DNA from: Eubacteriales bacterium
GTDB taxonomy: Bacteria > Bacillota > Clostridia > Oscillospirales > CAG-272
Reading direction: 5' to 3'
Length of the DNA stretch: 64,000 nt
NCBI GenBank assembly: GCA_051868045.1
Contig: JBJDZN010000041.1
Coordinates: forward strand, 13,087 to 77,086
Made by a program: the position numbers and the translations under genes. How positions within the stretch are numbered: the first letter of the stretch is position 1; every line of letters begins with the position of its first letter. The notes under the pieces were generated by a model that ran no database searches, was not told where the DNA came from, and saw nothing but the letters and a program-made list of their open reading frames with translations. Below are positions 43,430 to 51,722 of the stretch, piece by piece.

Positions 43430-43554
43430 CAGAAGACTGACAAGAGAAAGAACCGCATTCGGGGGCTTTCCCTTGAAGGCTCCGACTTGTCAAAATGCTC
43501 TGCCAAAAGAGAAGTGCCGAAGGAGAATTGCGCTCTCTGCGCCTTCAATCTTGC

Positions 43555-43576
43555 TTTTCGCCCTTACGGGCGAAAA
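43555..43576. terminator. short hairpin downstream of proS
   Basis: TTTTCGCCC ttac GGGCGAAAA. Confidence 0.4.
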
Positions 43577-43647
43577 ATTACCGTACTTCATCACAATAAC
43601 CGATTCCTATTGCCTCTTACTTCAAACTTCAAAAAGCGGGGGTTCTC

Positions 43648-44319
43648 ATGGATTTTCGCATTTTTATCGTCGAGGACGATCCCGTGATCGCCGGGGCGAT
43701 TCAAAAACAGTTCCGAGGCTGGGGCTGTGACACCTTCACCGTGTCCGATTTTGCGTCAGTCACTGCCGAATTCGTCCGGGCGGACCCCCATCTGGTGATT
43801 CTGGACATTTCCCTGCCCTTCTTCAACGGTTATCACTGGTGCGCAGAGATCCGCAAGCTCTCAAAAGTGCCCATTCTCTTCCTGTCTTCGGCATCCGACA
43901 ACCTGAATATCGTCATGGCAATGAACATGGGCGCCGACGATTTTATCGCAAAGCCCTTCGATCTGGAGGTCCTCACCGCCAAGGTTCAGGCACTGCTCCG
44001 CCGGGCGTATGACTTTGCTCCCCACATAGGGTTGATGGAATACCGGGGGCTGATGCTGAACCGATCGGATTCCAGCTGCCGATACGGGGATCAGGAGGTG
44101 GAACTGAGCAAAAACGAGTTCCGAATCCTCCGGATTCTCATGGAAAACCGGGGATCGGTGGTCACACGGGATGCCATCATGACCGCTCTCTGGAAATCGG
44201 ACAGTTTCGTGGACGAGAACACCCTGTCGGTCAACGTGGGACGCCTGCGCAAGAAGCTGGAGGGCGTGGGTCTTCCCGATTTCATCAAAACCAAGAAGGG
44301 CATTGGATACCTCGTCTGA
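43648..44319 (+). CDS. OmpR/PhoB-family response regulator
   Basis: Receiver domain (IVEDDP...LDISLP) plus a winged-helix domain (ELSKNEFRILRIL...LSVNVGRLRKKLE). Confidence 0.92.
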   Translation: MDFRIFIVEDDPVIAGAIQKQFRGWGCDTFTVSDFASVTAEFVRADPHLVILDISLPFFNGYHWCAEIRKLSKVPILFLSSASDNLNIVMAMNMGADDFIAKPFDLEVLTAKVQALLRRAYDFAPHIGLMEYRGLMLNRSDSSCRYGDQEVELSKNEFRILRILMENRGSVVTRDAIMTALWKSDSFVDENTLSVNVGRLRKKLEGVGLPDFIKTKKGIGYLV

Positions 44320-44377
44320 CGATACTTCCGTATCCGAACAAACTCCCCCGCAAACAAGCATCGAAAGGGGCATTTTC

Positions 44378-45358
44378 ATGTTGTTTTTGTCCTATCTGAA
44401 GAAAATCCGGATGCAACTGATTTCCGTCCCGGTCTGCGCCCTGATTCTCACCGCCATCACCCTGCTGTCCGATCTTCCCGCCGCAGAACTGCTCTACGGC
44501 GGGATTCTTTGCCTGGTTTTTCTCCTGATTCTCGCCATCGTGGACTTTGTCCGCTTTTATCGCCGACACGTTCTGATGAAGAAGATCGCAGAGGGTCTGC
44601 CTCTGAGTCTGGAGCACCTGCCAAAGCCCTGCGATCTTGCCGAAGAGGACGATATTCAGCTGATTGAAAGCCTCCATCGGGAAATCACCGCCCTGTCCGA
44701 CCGTTTTACCGCCGAGCGGCGGGAACGGGAGGACTACTATACCGTCTGGGCGCACCAGATCAAGACCCCCATTGCCGCCATGCGGCTGCTGATGCAATCG
44801 GGGGAGATCGCCTGTCCCGAGGCGGAAGGGGAACTGTTCGAGATCGAGCAGTATGTGGAGATGGCACTGGGCTATCTTCGCATGGAAAGCGAGTTCACCG
44901 ATTATCGCATCCGGCAGTGCGATCTTGACGGCATTCTCCGGTCGGTCATTCACGCCTATGCGGGACAGTTTATCCGAAAAAAGCTGTCGCTGGACTTCCG
45001 TCCCACCTCTCTGACGGTTCTTACCGATGAAAAGTGGCTTTCCTTCGTCATCGGACAGATTCTGCAAAACAGTTTGAAATACACCCGACAGGGCGGGATC
45101 ACGATCCGAAGCGAGGGAAGAAGTCTGATCATCGAAGACACGGGCATAGGAATTGCTCCCGACGACCTGCCGAGAATCGGGCAGAAGGGATTCACGGGGC
45201 ATAACGGCAGACTGGAGCAGAAATCCACCGGACTGGGGCTATACCTGTGCAGGACGATTCTCGGACGTCTTTCCCACACGCTGGAGATCACCTCAACCGT
45301 GGGTGTTGGAACAAAGGTGGTCATCGGACTGGATCGGACCCATCTCCAGGTGGAATAG
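44378..45358 (+). CDS. intramembrane-sensing histidine kinase (BceS-like)
   Basis: Two TM helices with a roughly 10-aa loop, H-box WAHQIKTPIAAM and an HATPase_c domain (IEDTGIGI, GLGLYLC). ATG 44378 follows AAAGGGG. Confidence 0.88.
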   Translation: MLFLSYLKKIRMQLISVPVCALILTAITLLSDLPAAELLYGGILCLVFLLILAIVDFVRFYRRHVLMKKIAEGLPLSLEHLPKPCDLAEEDDIQLIESLHREITALSDRFTAERREREDYYTVWAHQIKTPIAAMRLLMQSGEIACPEAEGELFEIEQYVEMALGYLRMESEFTDYRIRQCDLDGILRSVIHAYAGQFIRKKLSLDFRPTSLTVLTDEKWLSFVIGQILQNSLKYTRQGGITIRSEGRSLIIEDTGIGIAPDDLPRIGQKGFTGHNGRLEQKSTGLGLYLCRTILGRLSHTLEITSTVGVGTKVVIGLDRTHLQVE

Positions 45359-45512
45359 GCACAGGCGGCAGATGCTCCCCGCCGACAAAGGGAGTCTCCT
45401 CCCAAAGATTTGACCCTTTGGGGTAAAAACCTCCGTCCACCTGCAAACCTCCCTCAAAAAGGGCGGCAATATTCCCATTTATCATCAAACCCATCTTCAG
45501 AAAACAACCTTT

Positions 45513-45557
45513 GAGGCTGCAGCAAAAACGACAATTTTTGCTGCAGCCTCATTTTTG
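45513..45557. terminator. strong bidirectional terminator between the kinase gene and the transglutaminase cluster
   Basis: GAGGCTGCAGCAAAAA cgacaa TTTTTGCTGCAGCCTC followed by ATTTTTG. Confidence 0.8.
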
Positions 45558-45583
45558 TTATCTACGATATGCGATTGCTCTTC

Positions 45584-48500
45584 TTATCGGTGCTTCTTAC
45601 GGTTCCGTTTTCTCAGAATCCCCGCCGCAAGCAGCGACGCACCGATCAGGACGCCCAGCGACACCCACAGGATGACGGGAACCGGATGCTCGGTCTTTTC
45701 CGTCACTCTGATGGGATACGGATAGGATGCCGCCTCGTATTCGGGTACGCCATCCCCGTTAAGGTCCCACGGGTCGCAGTTCATGACCAGAATCGCAGAC
45801 CCCGTCCGGATTCCGTAAAGGCGGCTGCCCTCCAGCCGAACGGTTCCGTTTGCGTCACTGAGCCGATAGCTTGCCGGAAATGCCGCAATCCCATCCGACC
45901 ATGCCACATCGGTCAGTTCCAGTTTTCCGTCAACCGGGACGGTCAGCGTCCGTCTGGCAAGGGGAAGGGGAGCAGGTGTGACGGTCAGTATGCCCGAATA
46001 AACGGTGAGGCTGTACAGCCGGGTCACATCCTTGCCCTGGGCATCCAGCACAACCAGACTGCCGCAGACGTTTTCCGTGCTTCCCGCATAAAGCTGATAG
46101 CTGCCCGACTTTATCACAATCTGATCTCCCTCCCTGAGGGCTCCCGACAGCAGTCGGAAATCCTGACAGGTCAGGGGCGTTCCGTCGTATCCGGCACTTG
46201 CATCCCCCATGGTGAGGCTGACGGCAATATATTCGTTTCCGTCGGGTCCCGTCACCAGAATCGGCTCAAATATGCCTGCATTCTCAACCTCGCCGGCAGA
46301 AAGGGCTTCGTCGCCGTTTTTGTCCACTACCGTGACGCTGGGGAAGGACTCGATTTCAAGTCTGAGGGTTGCCTTTCCCTCCGGAATGGTGTCCTCGTCA
46401 ACGTCAAACTCGTAGAGGATGCTTCCCTTTGATGCCATAAAGGTGTGAATCCGTTCGGGGTCTTCACTGTCAGGCTTTGCTCCCGTACAGTTGATACGGA
46501 CGATGGGCGTTACGCCAAACAGAACCTCCGGCATGTCTTCGGTCATCAGCTCCGAAATCGCCGGCAGCGTCAGGTCCGTCCCAAGATACACCTTGACCTC
46601 ATCGGGATTTATCTTGATCTCAATGGGATTCACCGTCAGCGTTCCGTCCAGGACGATCAGGTCGTACTCGTCGGTCACATCTCTGCCGGAACTGTCGTGA
46701 ATTTCAAGAATTTCGAAGTAAGAGGAAGAACATCCGGCGAAAAGCTGACTTCCGCCGACTTTTGCTATGATATAGTCGCCCTCCCGAAGGGATCCGGTAA
46801 GAATCTCATAGCCATCTGCAATCAGGGGCGAGCCGTCATAGTCCTTCTCCCCGGAATTCGGTACCACAACCAGAGCATCGCCCTGCGTAATATAGCCGTC
46901 TCCGGTGACTTCCACGGGAATCCAACCGAAGCTGTCCAGATAGATTTCCACCCATGCGTGAGCATTCAGGGCATTGAAGGCGGTCATCCTGCCGCCCTCG
47001 GCATCCACCATGAAGCCTCCCACCAAGCGGGCGGGAATCCCCAGCGTCCGATACATCAGCACCGCCGCCGAGGCGAAATGGATGCAGACCCCCTCCCGAC
47101 TCTCAGTCAGGAAGTAGATCACGGGATCCACCCCGTCCGGGCAGGACTCGTAGAACAGATTGTAGGATGCGCAGCCACGGATATAGTCACGGACTGCCGG
47201 AATCATGGCAGCCGGATCGGTGTCCTCTGCGAGCTTATACCGGGAGGCAAGTGTCAGCATTTCTGCCCGTATATCGTCGGGAACCGTCAGATAGTTGGCG
47301 TAGACGTAATATTTTTGGTAGTAAGCATCATCCAGCAACACGGAGCCGTCCTGCCGGCACGCCAGAATATCCTCCAGATCGTCTTGAGGCAGGAAGTTCA
47401 CCGAATACCCGACCGCCACATCGTGACTCCAGGGCATATTGCAGTCGTTGGGATAGTCCAAATCAACACCAAGACCGGGAAGAAGGTCGTAGCCGGGATT
47501 GGTGTAAAGTGTGATCGTCCCGGGCAGCACGGGATAATTGTAACTGTTTTTCAGAATATATCCGGCACTTTCCAGAGCACTAAGCTCCGGCATTCCCGGT
47601 ATCAGGTTTTCGGTACACAAATCCGGCATTCCCCATCTGCCGCCGCCCAGATAATCGCCGAAGCTGGTCATACGCAGGTAGTAGGAGCCGCTCTGTTCTG
47701 CCACCAGATTGCCCAGAGGTCCCAGATAGTCGGGAAGTCCGGAGTTCATGGGAATGTCGCCCGACAGATCGCCCAGCCCCGAAATCTGATCCAGTGAGGG
47801 AATTCCCTCGGGCAGAGTGATCGGCAGGTCTCCCGGGTCAGTACCCGGTATGGTACCCGGTGTGGTACCGGGTGTGGTACCCGGTGTGGTACCGGGTGTG
47901 GTCTCAGGAGGAACGTAGTCCGATTCCTTGACGGTCAGGGTTCCGTTTACATAGGTGATGGCGTAATTGGTCGTCACCGCCTCGCCACTCGGGAGATACA
48001 GTCCGAAGGACACCACATTGACCCGGCTGCCCACCTGGGTCTGCTTGGCATAAGACAGTGCCGTGAGAGCGGTATGGGGATCTGCCAGCGTCCCCTCCAG
48101 CAGGACATATCCGGTGGAATACAGGGGCGTTCCGTCGTAGAATTTCTCCGCCGTATCGGTTTGCAGGGTGATCTCCCGTCTCTTCACGGTCAGTTTGCCG
48201 TAGGTTGCCGTGATCTGATAGTTTGCCGTCACATCCTGACCGTCCGGGTCGAGGATGGTGCAGACAAAACTGTTGTCCGCACTGCCGGCATTGGTCAGCT
48301 GACGGAATACCGGCTTCAGCGTGTCCCCCTTAAGCAGGGTTCCGCCTGTCTGGGTATAGTTCTCGCAAACAAGGGGAGTCCCGTCGTACACCTTTTCGGC
48401 AGAGCCGGTGGTAAAGGACAGCTCGATGGGGGTCACTTTCAGTACGCCGCTGGTCTGAACAATCTCATAGCAGGAACTGACATCCATGCCATTGCTGTCC

Positions 48501-49549
48501 TGAACGGAAAAACGGAGAAGATTGGAGACGGTTCCCACATTCACAATGGAGGTGACCCCTTCAATGACCAGCCGATGTCCGTACAGCAGACTGCCGCCCA
48601 AAAGGTCATAGCCCATTTCCGACAGGGCATAGCGGTCGTATTGCTTGGTCGCCGAATGGGTTTGGATTGTCAGCCGTCTTGGCTCCACGGTCAGCGTGCC
48701 GTCCTGAAGGATCAGATCGTACGTTTCGGTCACATCGTTGCCGTCGGAATCGTAGATTCTGCCGGTAATGCTGTTGACGGCAACGCCCGGTTCGGTGATC
48801 ATGCCCTCCACGGTCACGTCCAGACGGTCGCCCTCCCGAAGGGTGCCGGATTCAAGGGTCCATTGGGGATTCTGCAAAAAATTTCCGTCGTAGACCTTGC
48901 TCGCACTTGAAGCCACTACCGTCAGCTTCCGTTTGATCACCGTCAGATAGCCCGACTCCACCGTCAGATTGTAGCAATCGGTCACGTCGGCACCGTTTTG
49001 GTTGACAATACGGAAATTGAGGATCTCCACCGACCGGCTGGTCTGAAGTTCCCCCGTAACCGAAAGTTCCACCCCGTCCAGACGGTCGCCGTCTGCCAGA
49101 TTGGACACGCGGATCCGACTTTCCAGTTCCGATGCCCGGGTGCCGTAATAAAGGGTGGTATCGGGAAAGGTGATCTTGGCATTCCGTCGGCTGATTTCAA
49201 AACTGCTGCCCACCTGCCGCACCGTTCCGAAGGGATTGCGGGTCTCGGCGATCATCTCATAGGAACCGATCTTTTCGGGATAGTCATCCGACCAGTCGTC
49301 ACTGCCCGTTTCGGCAAAACGGTAGTCCGGGAATGCCAGAAAGGCAGTGGCTCCGTAGCTCGGAGTGTCTCCGTATACGGCATTTTCACTGTATGCTCCG
49401 CCGAAAAAGGTACCGGAGTAGAAAAGCAGTACCAGAATTGCCGCCAAAAGCACCAGTGCAAGGATGACGAACACCGGCTTGTGCCGCTTGACGAAGTCGA
49501 TCCGACGGGCAATCTTCCGCATTTTTTCCACATACGCATCATAGGTCAT
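45584..49549 (-). CDS. 1321-aa envelope protein: N-terminal TM, MBG(YDG)-type repeats, PT linker, transglutaminase-like Cys-protease core, more MBG repeats, C-terminal TM
   Basis: TM PVFVILALVLLAAILVLLFY. Repeats of the KVYDGTPL...G.L..GD...DVT.NY.I....G.L.V type. Core EGVCIHFASAAVLMYRTLGIPARLVGGF...NAHAWVEIYLDSFGWIPVEVTG. C-terminal VPVILWVSLGVLIGASLLAAGILRKRNRKKHR. Confidence 0.85.
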   Translation of the reverse strand: MTYDAYVEKMRKIARRIDFVKRHKPVFVILALVLLAAILVLLFYSGTFFGGAYSENAVYGDTPSYGATAFLAFPDYRFAETGSDDWSDDYPEKIGSYEMIAETRNPFGTVRQVGSSFEISRRNAKITFPDTTLYYGTRASELESRIRVSNLADGDRLDGVELSVTGELQTSRSVEILNFRIVNQNGADVTDCYNLTVESGYLTVIKRKLTVVASSASKVYDGNFLQNPQWTLESGTLREGDRLDVTVEGMITEPGVAVNSITGRIYDSDGNDVTETYDLILQDGTLTVEPRRLTIQTHSATKQYDRYALSEMGYDLLGGSLLYGHRLVIEGVTSIVNVGTVSNLLRFSVQDSNGMDVSSCYEIVQTSGVLKVTPIELSFTTGSAEKVYDGTPLVCENYTQTGGTLLKGDTLKPVFRQLTNAGSADNSFVCTILDPDGQDVTANYQITATYGKLTVKRREITLQTDTAEKFYDGTPLYSTGYVLLEGTLADPHTALTALSYAKQTQVGSRVNVVSFGLYLPSGEAVTTNYAITYVNGTLTVKESDYVPPETTPGTTPGTTPGTTPGTIPGTDPGDLPITLPEGIPSLDQISGLGDLSGDIPMNSGLPDYLGPLGNLVAEQSGSYYLRMTSFGDYLGGGRWGMPDLCTENLIPGMPELSALESAGYILKNSYNYPVLPGTITLYTNPGYDLLPGLGVDLDYPNDCNMPWSHDVAVGYSVNFLPQDDLEDILACRQDGSVLLDDAYYQKYYVYANYLTVPDDIRAEMLTLASRYKLAEDTDPAAMIPAVRDYIRGCASYNLFYESCPDGVDPVIYFLTESREGVCIHFASAAVLMYRTLGIPARLVGGFMVDAEGGRMTAFNALNAHAWVEIYLDSFGWIPVEVTGDGYITQGDALVVVPNSGEKDYDGSPLIADGYEILTGSLREGDYIIAKVGGSQLFAGCSSSYFEILEIHDSSGRDVTDEYDLIVLDGTLTVNPIEIKINPDEVKVYLGTDLTLPAISELMTEDMPEVLFGVTPIVRINCTGAKPDSEDPERIHTFMASKGSILYEFDVDEDTIPEGKATLRLEIESFPSVTVVDKNGDEALSAGEVENAGIFEPILVTGPDGNEYIAVSLTMGDASAGYDGTPLTCQDFRLLSGALREGDQIVIKSGSYQLYAGSTENVCGSLVVLDAQGKDVTRLYSLTVYSGILTVTPAPLPLARRTLTVPVDGKLELTDVAWSDGIAAFPASYRLSDANGTVRLEGSRLYGIRTGSAILVMNCDPWDLNGDGVPEYEAASYPYPIRVTEKTEHPVPVILWVSLGVLIGASLLAAGILRKRNRKKHR
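47840..47903. repeat. about five tandem 12-nt units (GGTACCNGGTGT) encoding (TPGT)n
   Basis: Read directly from the sequence. It corresponds to ETTPGTTPGTTPGTTPGTIPGTDPG in the 1321-aa protein. Confidence 0.9.
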
Positions 49550-49598
49550 GTTCTGTTACCGATTCCTTTCCCGATTTTTTGTGATTTGCGGTGTCCGT

Positions 49599-50198
49599 TC
49601 ATTCCTGATCCGAAGCGGACACCATATAGTCTTCCAGATTTTTGACGATGTAGGTTCCGCCGGTTCTTCCGACATCATCTTCCCATTTGATAACGAACAT
49701 CAGGCTGTCGCCGCCCTGAAGGGTCATCTCACCGGGCAGATCCAGATAGCTTTCCTCTTCCCAATCATCGTCCGAACCGTCCTCGGCGGCAAGATAGACG
49801 GTATTTACCGAACGGGTCCCATTGTACTGGGTACAGCTGAGATCGGTGATCCGCAGCTTGCCCGACCCCCGCTTGTAGATTCGAAGGGTATAGCTGACAT
49901 AGCCGTCCCCGCCGTCTGAGGAGGTATACACCTGAAGGTCAAGACAGCGAAGCTCAAAGGAGCTGCTCGTGGTGCTTGTCTCTTCAATTGCGGGCTTGGG
50001 ACGGCTGCTGATCCCTTCGGTATTGACGCTGTACACGGGACTCTGATCGGGAACCGACGGGTCGTCCCAAAACAGTCCGAATACCGCCAGTGTCAGCAGC
50101 AGAATCAGCACCAATGCCAGACTGACGATAGCTGTGGCAAGGATGCGGATTCCGCCGTCCCGGATCACGGTTTTCTTTCTTGGATTTTGTATTTTCAT
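49599..50198 (-). CDS. small bitopic membrane protein with an acidic extracytoplasmic beta-rich domain (no family recognised)
   Basis: MKIQNPRKKTVIRDGG, then TM IRILATAIVSLALVLILLLTLAVFGLF. Its ATG and RBS lie inside the duplicated segment. It ends 49 nt upstream of the transglutaminase gene. Confidence 0.7.
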   Translation of the reverse strand: MKIQNPRKKTVIRDGGIRILATAIVSLALVLILLLTLAVFGLFWDDPSVPDQSPVYSVNTEGISSRPKPAIEETSTTSSSFELRCLDLQVYTSSDGGDGYVSYTLRIYKRGSGKLRITDLSCTQYNGTRSVNTVYLAAEDGSDDDWEEESYLDLPGEMTLQGGDSLMFVIKWEDDVGRTGGTYIVKNLEDYMVSASDQE

Positions 50199-51345
50199 CT
50201 GTTATCCTGCCTTTCGGGAAGGTTGCCCGACTTCTGTGTCGGTCGATTTTTCAATGGAGGAATTTGCCAAGGGTGCGTCTGCACAGGGGAAGTCCGTCCT
50301 CCCCGAAGAGGTTGTCCAGACAATCCTCCAGCCCCTTTGCCTCGGTGCGCACATAAACCGGATTCTGATTTTCCAGCTTCCGCAGTACCTTCCGGGCGAT
50401 GATCTGATCCACACCGTCCATCTCCCTGCCTCCGCAGGCGAGATAAACCGGGATAAAGCCCTCGATCTGGCTCATAATCCGGTTCCCGAAGGTGATGCCC
50501 AGATGTCCGATCAGATAGGCATCCAGTGCCTCGATCTTCTCCCGCACCTCTTCGCTGAGCCGATATTTCACCCTTGCCTCACGGAACAGCCTGTCCAGCT
50601 GATTTCCCGTCAGACTCACGCCCTCGGCACTCCCGGAGGCGGAAAAGGGCTTCGCCCGGCGATCCAGATCCAGCACCATGGCACGGTCGTAGACCTTGTC
50701 CGAGATGGCGAGGGTCGAATCGTCGTTGTTTGCCGTTCCCACGAACCAGACCGTGTCGGGAATGTGGAGCTTGCCGTTCTTCAGCCGTTTGGGATCGTCC
50801 GAACGGCTGTCGGACACGATCTCAACGGTGCGGCTCTGACTGTCGGGTAGTTCCAGAACCGACAGAAATTCGGCAAAATAATATTCCACACGGGCGATGT
50901 TCATCTCGTCCAGCACGGCGACATAGACTCTGTCGTTGGTTCCCGCCTCGTACAGCTTCTGGAGCAGTTCGGTCTCATGGAAGGTGCCGGTGAACTCGTT
51001 GAAATAGCCCAGCAGATCGGTTCTGTCCTTCCAGGAAGGCTGAACGGGAACCATCACGGCATCGTTGCCCATGAATTTTCCGAAGGCATACGCCAGCGAG
51101 GTTTTTCCGGTGCCGGAAATGCCCTGCATAATGATCAGCTTGGTCACCGACATCCCGGCGACGAAGGATCGGATCACGTCGGCATCGTAGTACAGTCCCA
51201 TCTGTCCGGCGGCGAAATTCCGGAAACGGGTGCAAAGCTCGGACAGGGTCAGATTGGGGTCCCCCTTGGGGGTCTGCACCGTCTGACGGTCGGTCTGACA
51301 CAGCCGATAAAACCGGGGTTCCTCTTCCGCCCCCTTGGCGGAACC
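50195..51345. repeat. direct repeat copy A (1151 bp) covering the AAA+ core, stop codon, 52-nt spacer, RBS and ATG of the next gene
   Basis: It aligns to 53264-54414 at a constant offset of 3069. By eye there are no mismatches over 50195-51177 and about eight mismatches in 51178-51345. Confidence 0.9.
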
Positions 51346-51708
51346 TTTCCACGACAGATTTTTTCGGGAGGACGTCCGAAAGCGGAGGGCGATCAGGAAG
51401 AGAATCAGAAGAATGAAGAGAATCAGAAAGCCCAATGCCAGAATCAGCACGATGGATTTGGGAAGTGAGAGCAGCTGGCTCCATCCCTCGCTGTCCTCCT
51501 CGGTGGTATGAACCGTCAGCGAGAGAATCAGCAGAATCCCCAAAATCAGCACGGGAATCAAAAACCATGCCGCAAGGGAGGGTCGGTTGTCCTTTTTATC
51601 TTTTTTCATATGGGTTGTCAATGCCTTTCTCCAATCCGTTGGAATAATATCGTTCGAATAGGTTATTTCCGACAATAATTGGGGGGATTTCACAAAAGGG
51701 AGTCGCAT
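50251..51708 (-). CDS. membrane-anchored McrB-family AAA+ GTPase, paralog 2 (two predicted TM helices)
   Basis: Walker A GISGTGKTS. VQPSWKDRTDLLGYF. Walker B-plus VAVLDEMNIARVEYYFAEFLSVLE. VWFVGTANNDDST (NxxD). TM helices AAWFLIPVLILGILLILSL and IVLILALGFLILFILLILFLIAL. Start is ATG 51708 (preferred, see findings) or ATG 51609; the GTG at 51810 is rejected. Confidence 0.8.
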   Translation of the reverse strand: MRLPFVKSPQLLSEITYSNDIIPTDWRKALTTHMKKDKKDNRPSLAAWFLIPVLILGILLILSLTVHTTEEDSEGWSQLLSLPKSIVLILALGFLILFILLILFLIALRFRTSSRKNLSWKGSAKGAEEEPRFYRLCQTDRQTVQTPKGDPNLTLSELCTRFRNFAAGQMGLYYDADVIRSFVAGMSVTKLIIMQGISGTGKTSLAYAFGKFMGNDAVMVPVQPSWKDRTDLLGYFNEFTGTFHETELLQKLYEAGTNDRVYVAVLDEMNIARVEYYFAEFLSVLELPDSQSRTVEIVSDSRSDDPKRLKNGKLHIPDTVWFVGTANNDDSTLAISDKVYDRAMVLDLDRRAKPFSASGSAEGVSLTGNQLDRLFREARVKYRLSEEVREKIEALDAYLIGHLGITFGNRIMSQIEGFIPVYLACGGREMDGVDQIIARKVLRKLENQNPVYVRTEAKGLEDCLDNLFGEDGLPLCRRTLGKFLH

Positions 51709-51722
51709 ACCTGATTTCCGAT

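Noticed and set aside
47840-47903. Short tandem repeats as a possible CRISPR array
   Set aside because: The units are 12 nt with no spacers, they are in frame inside a long CDS encoding (TPGT)n, and no cas genes are present.
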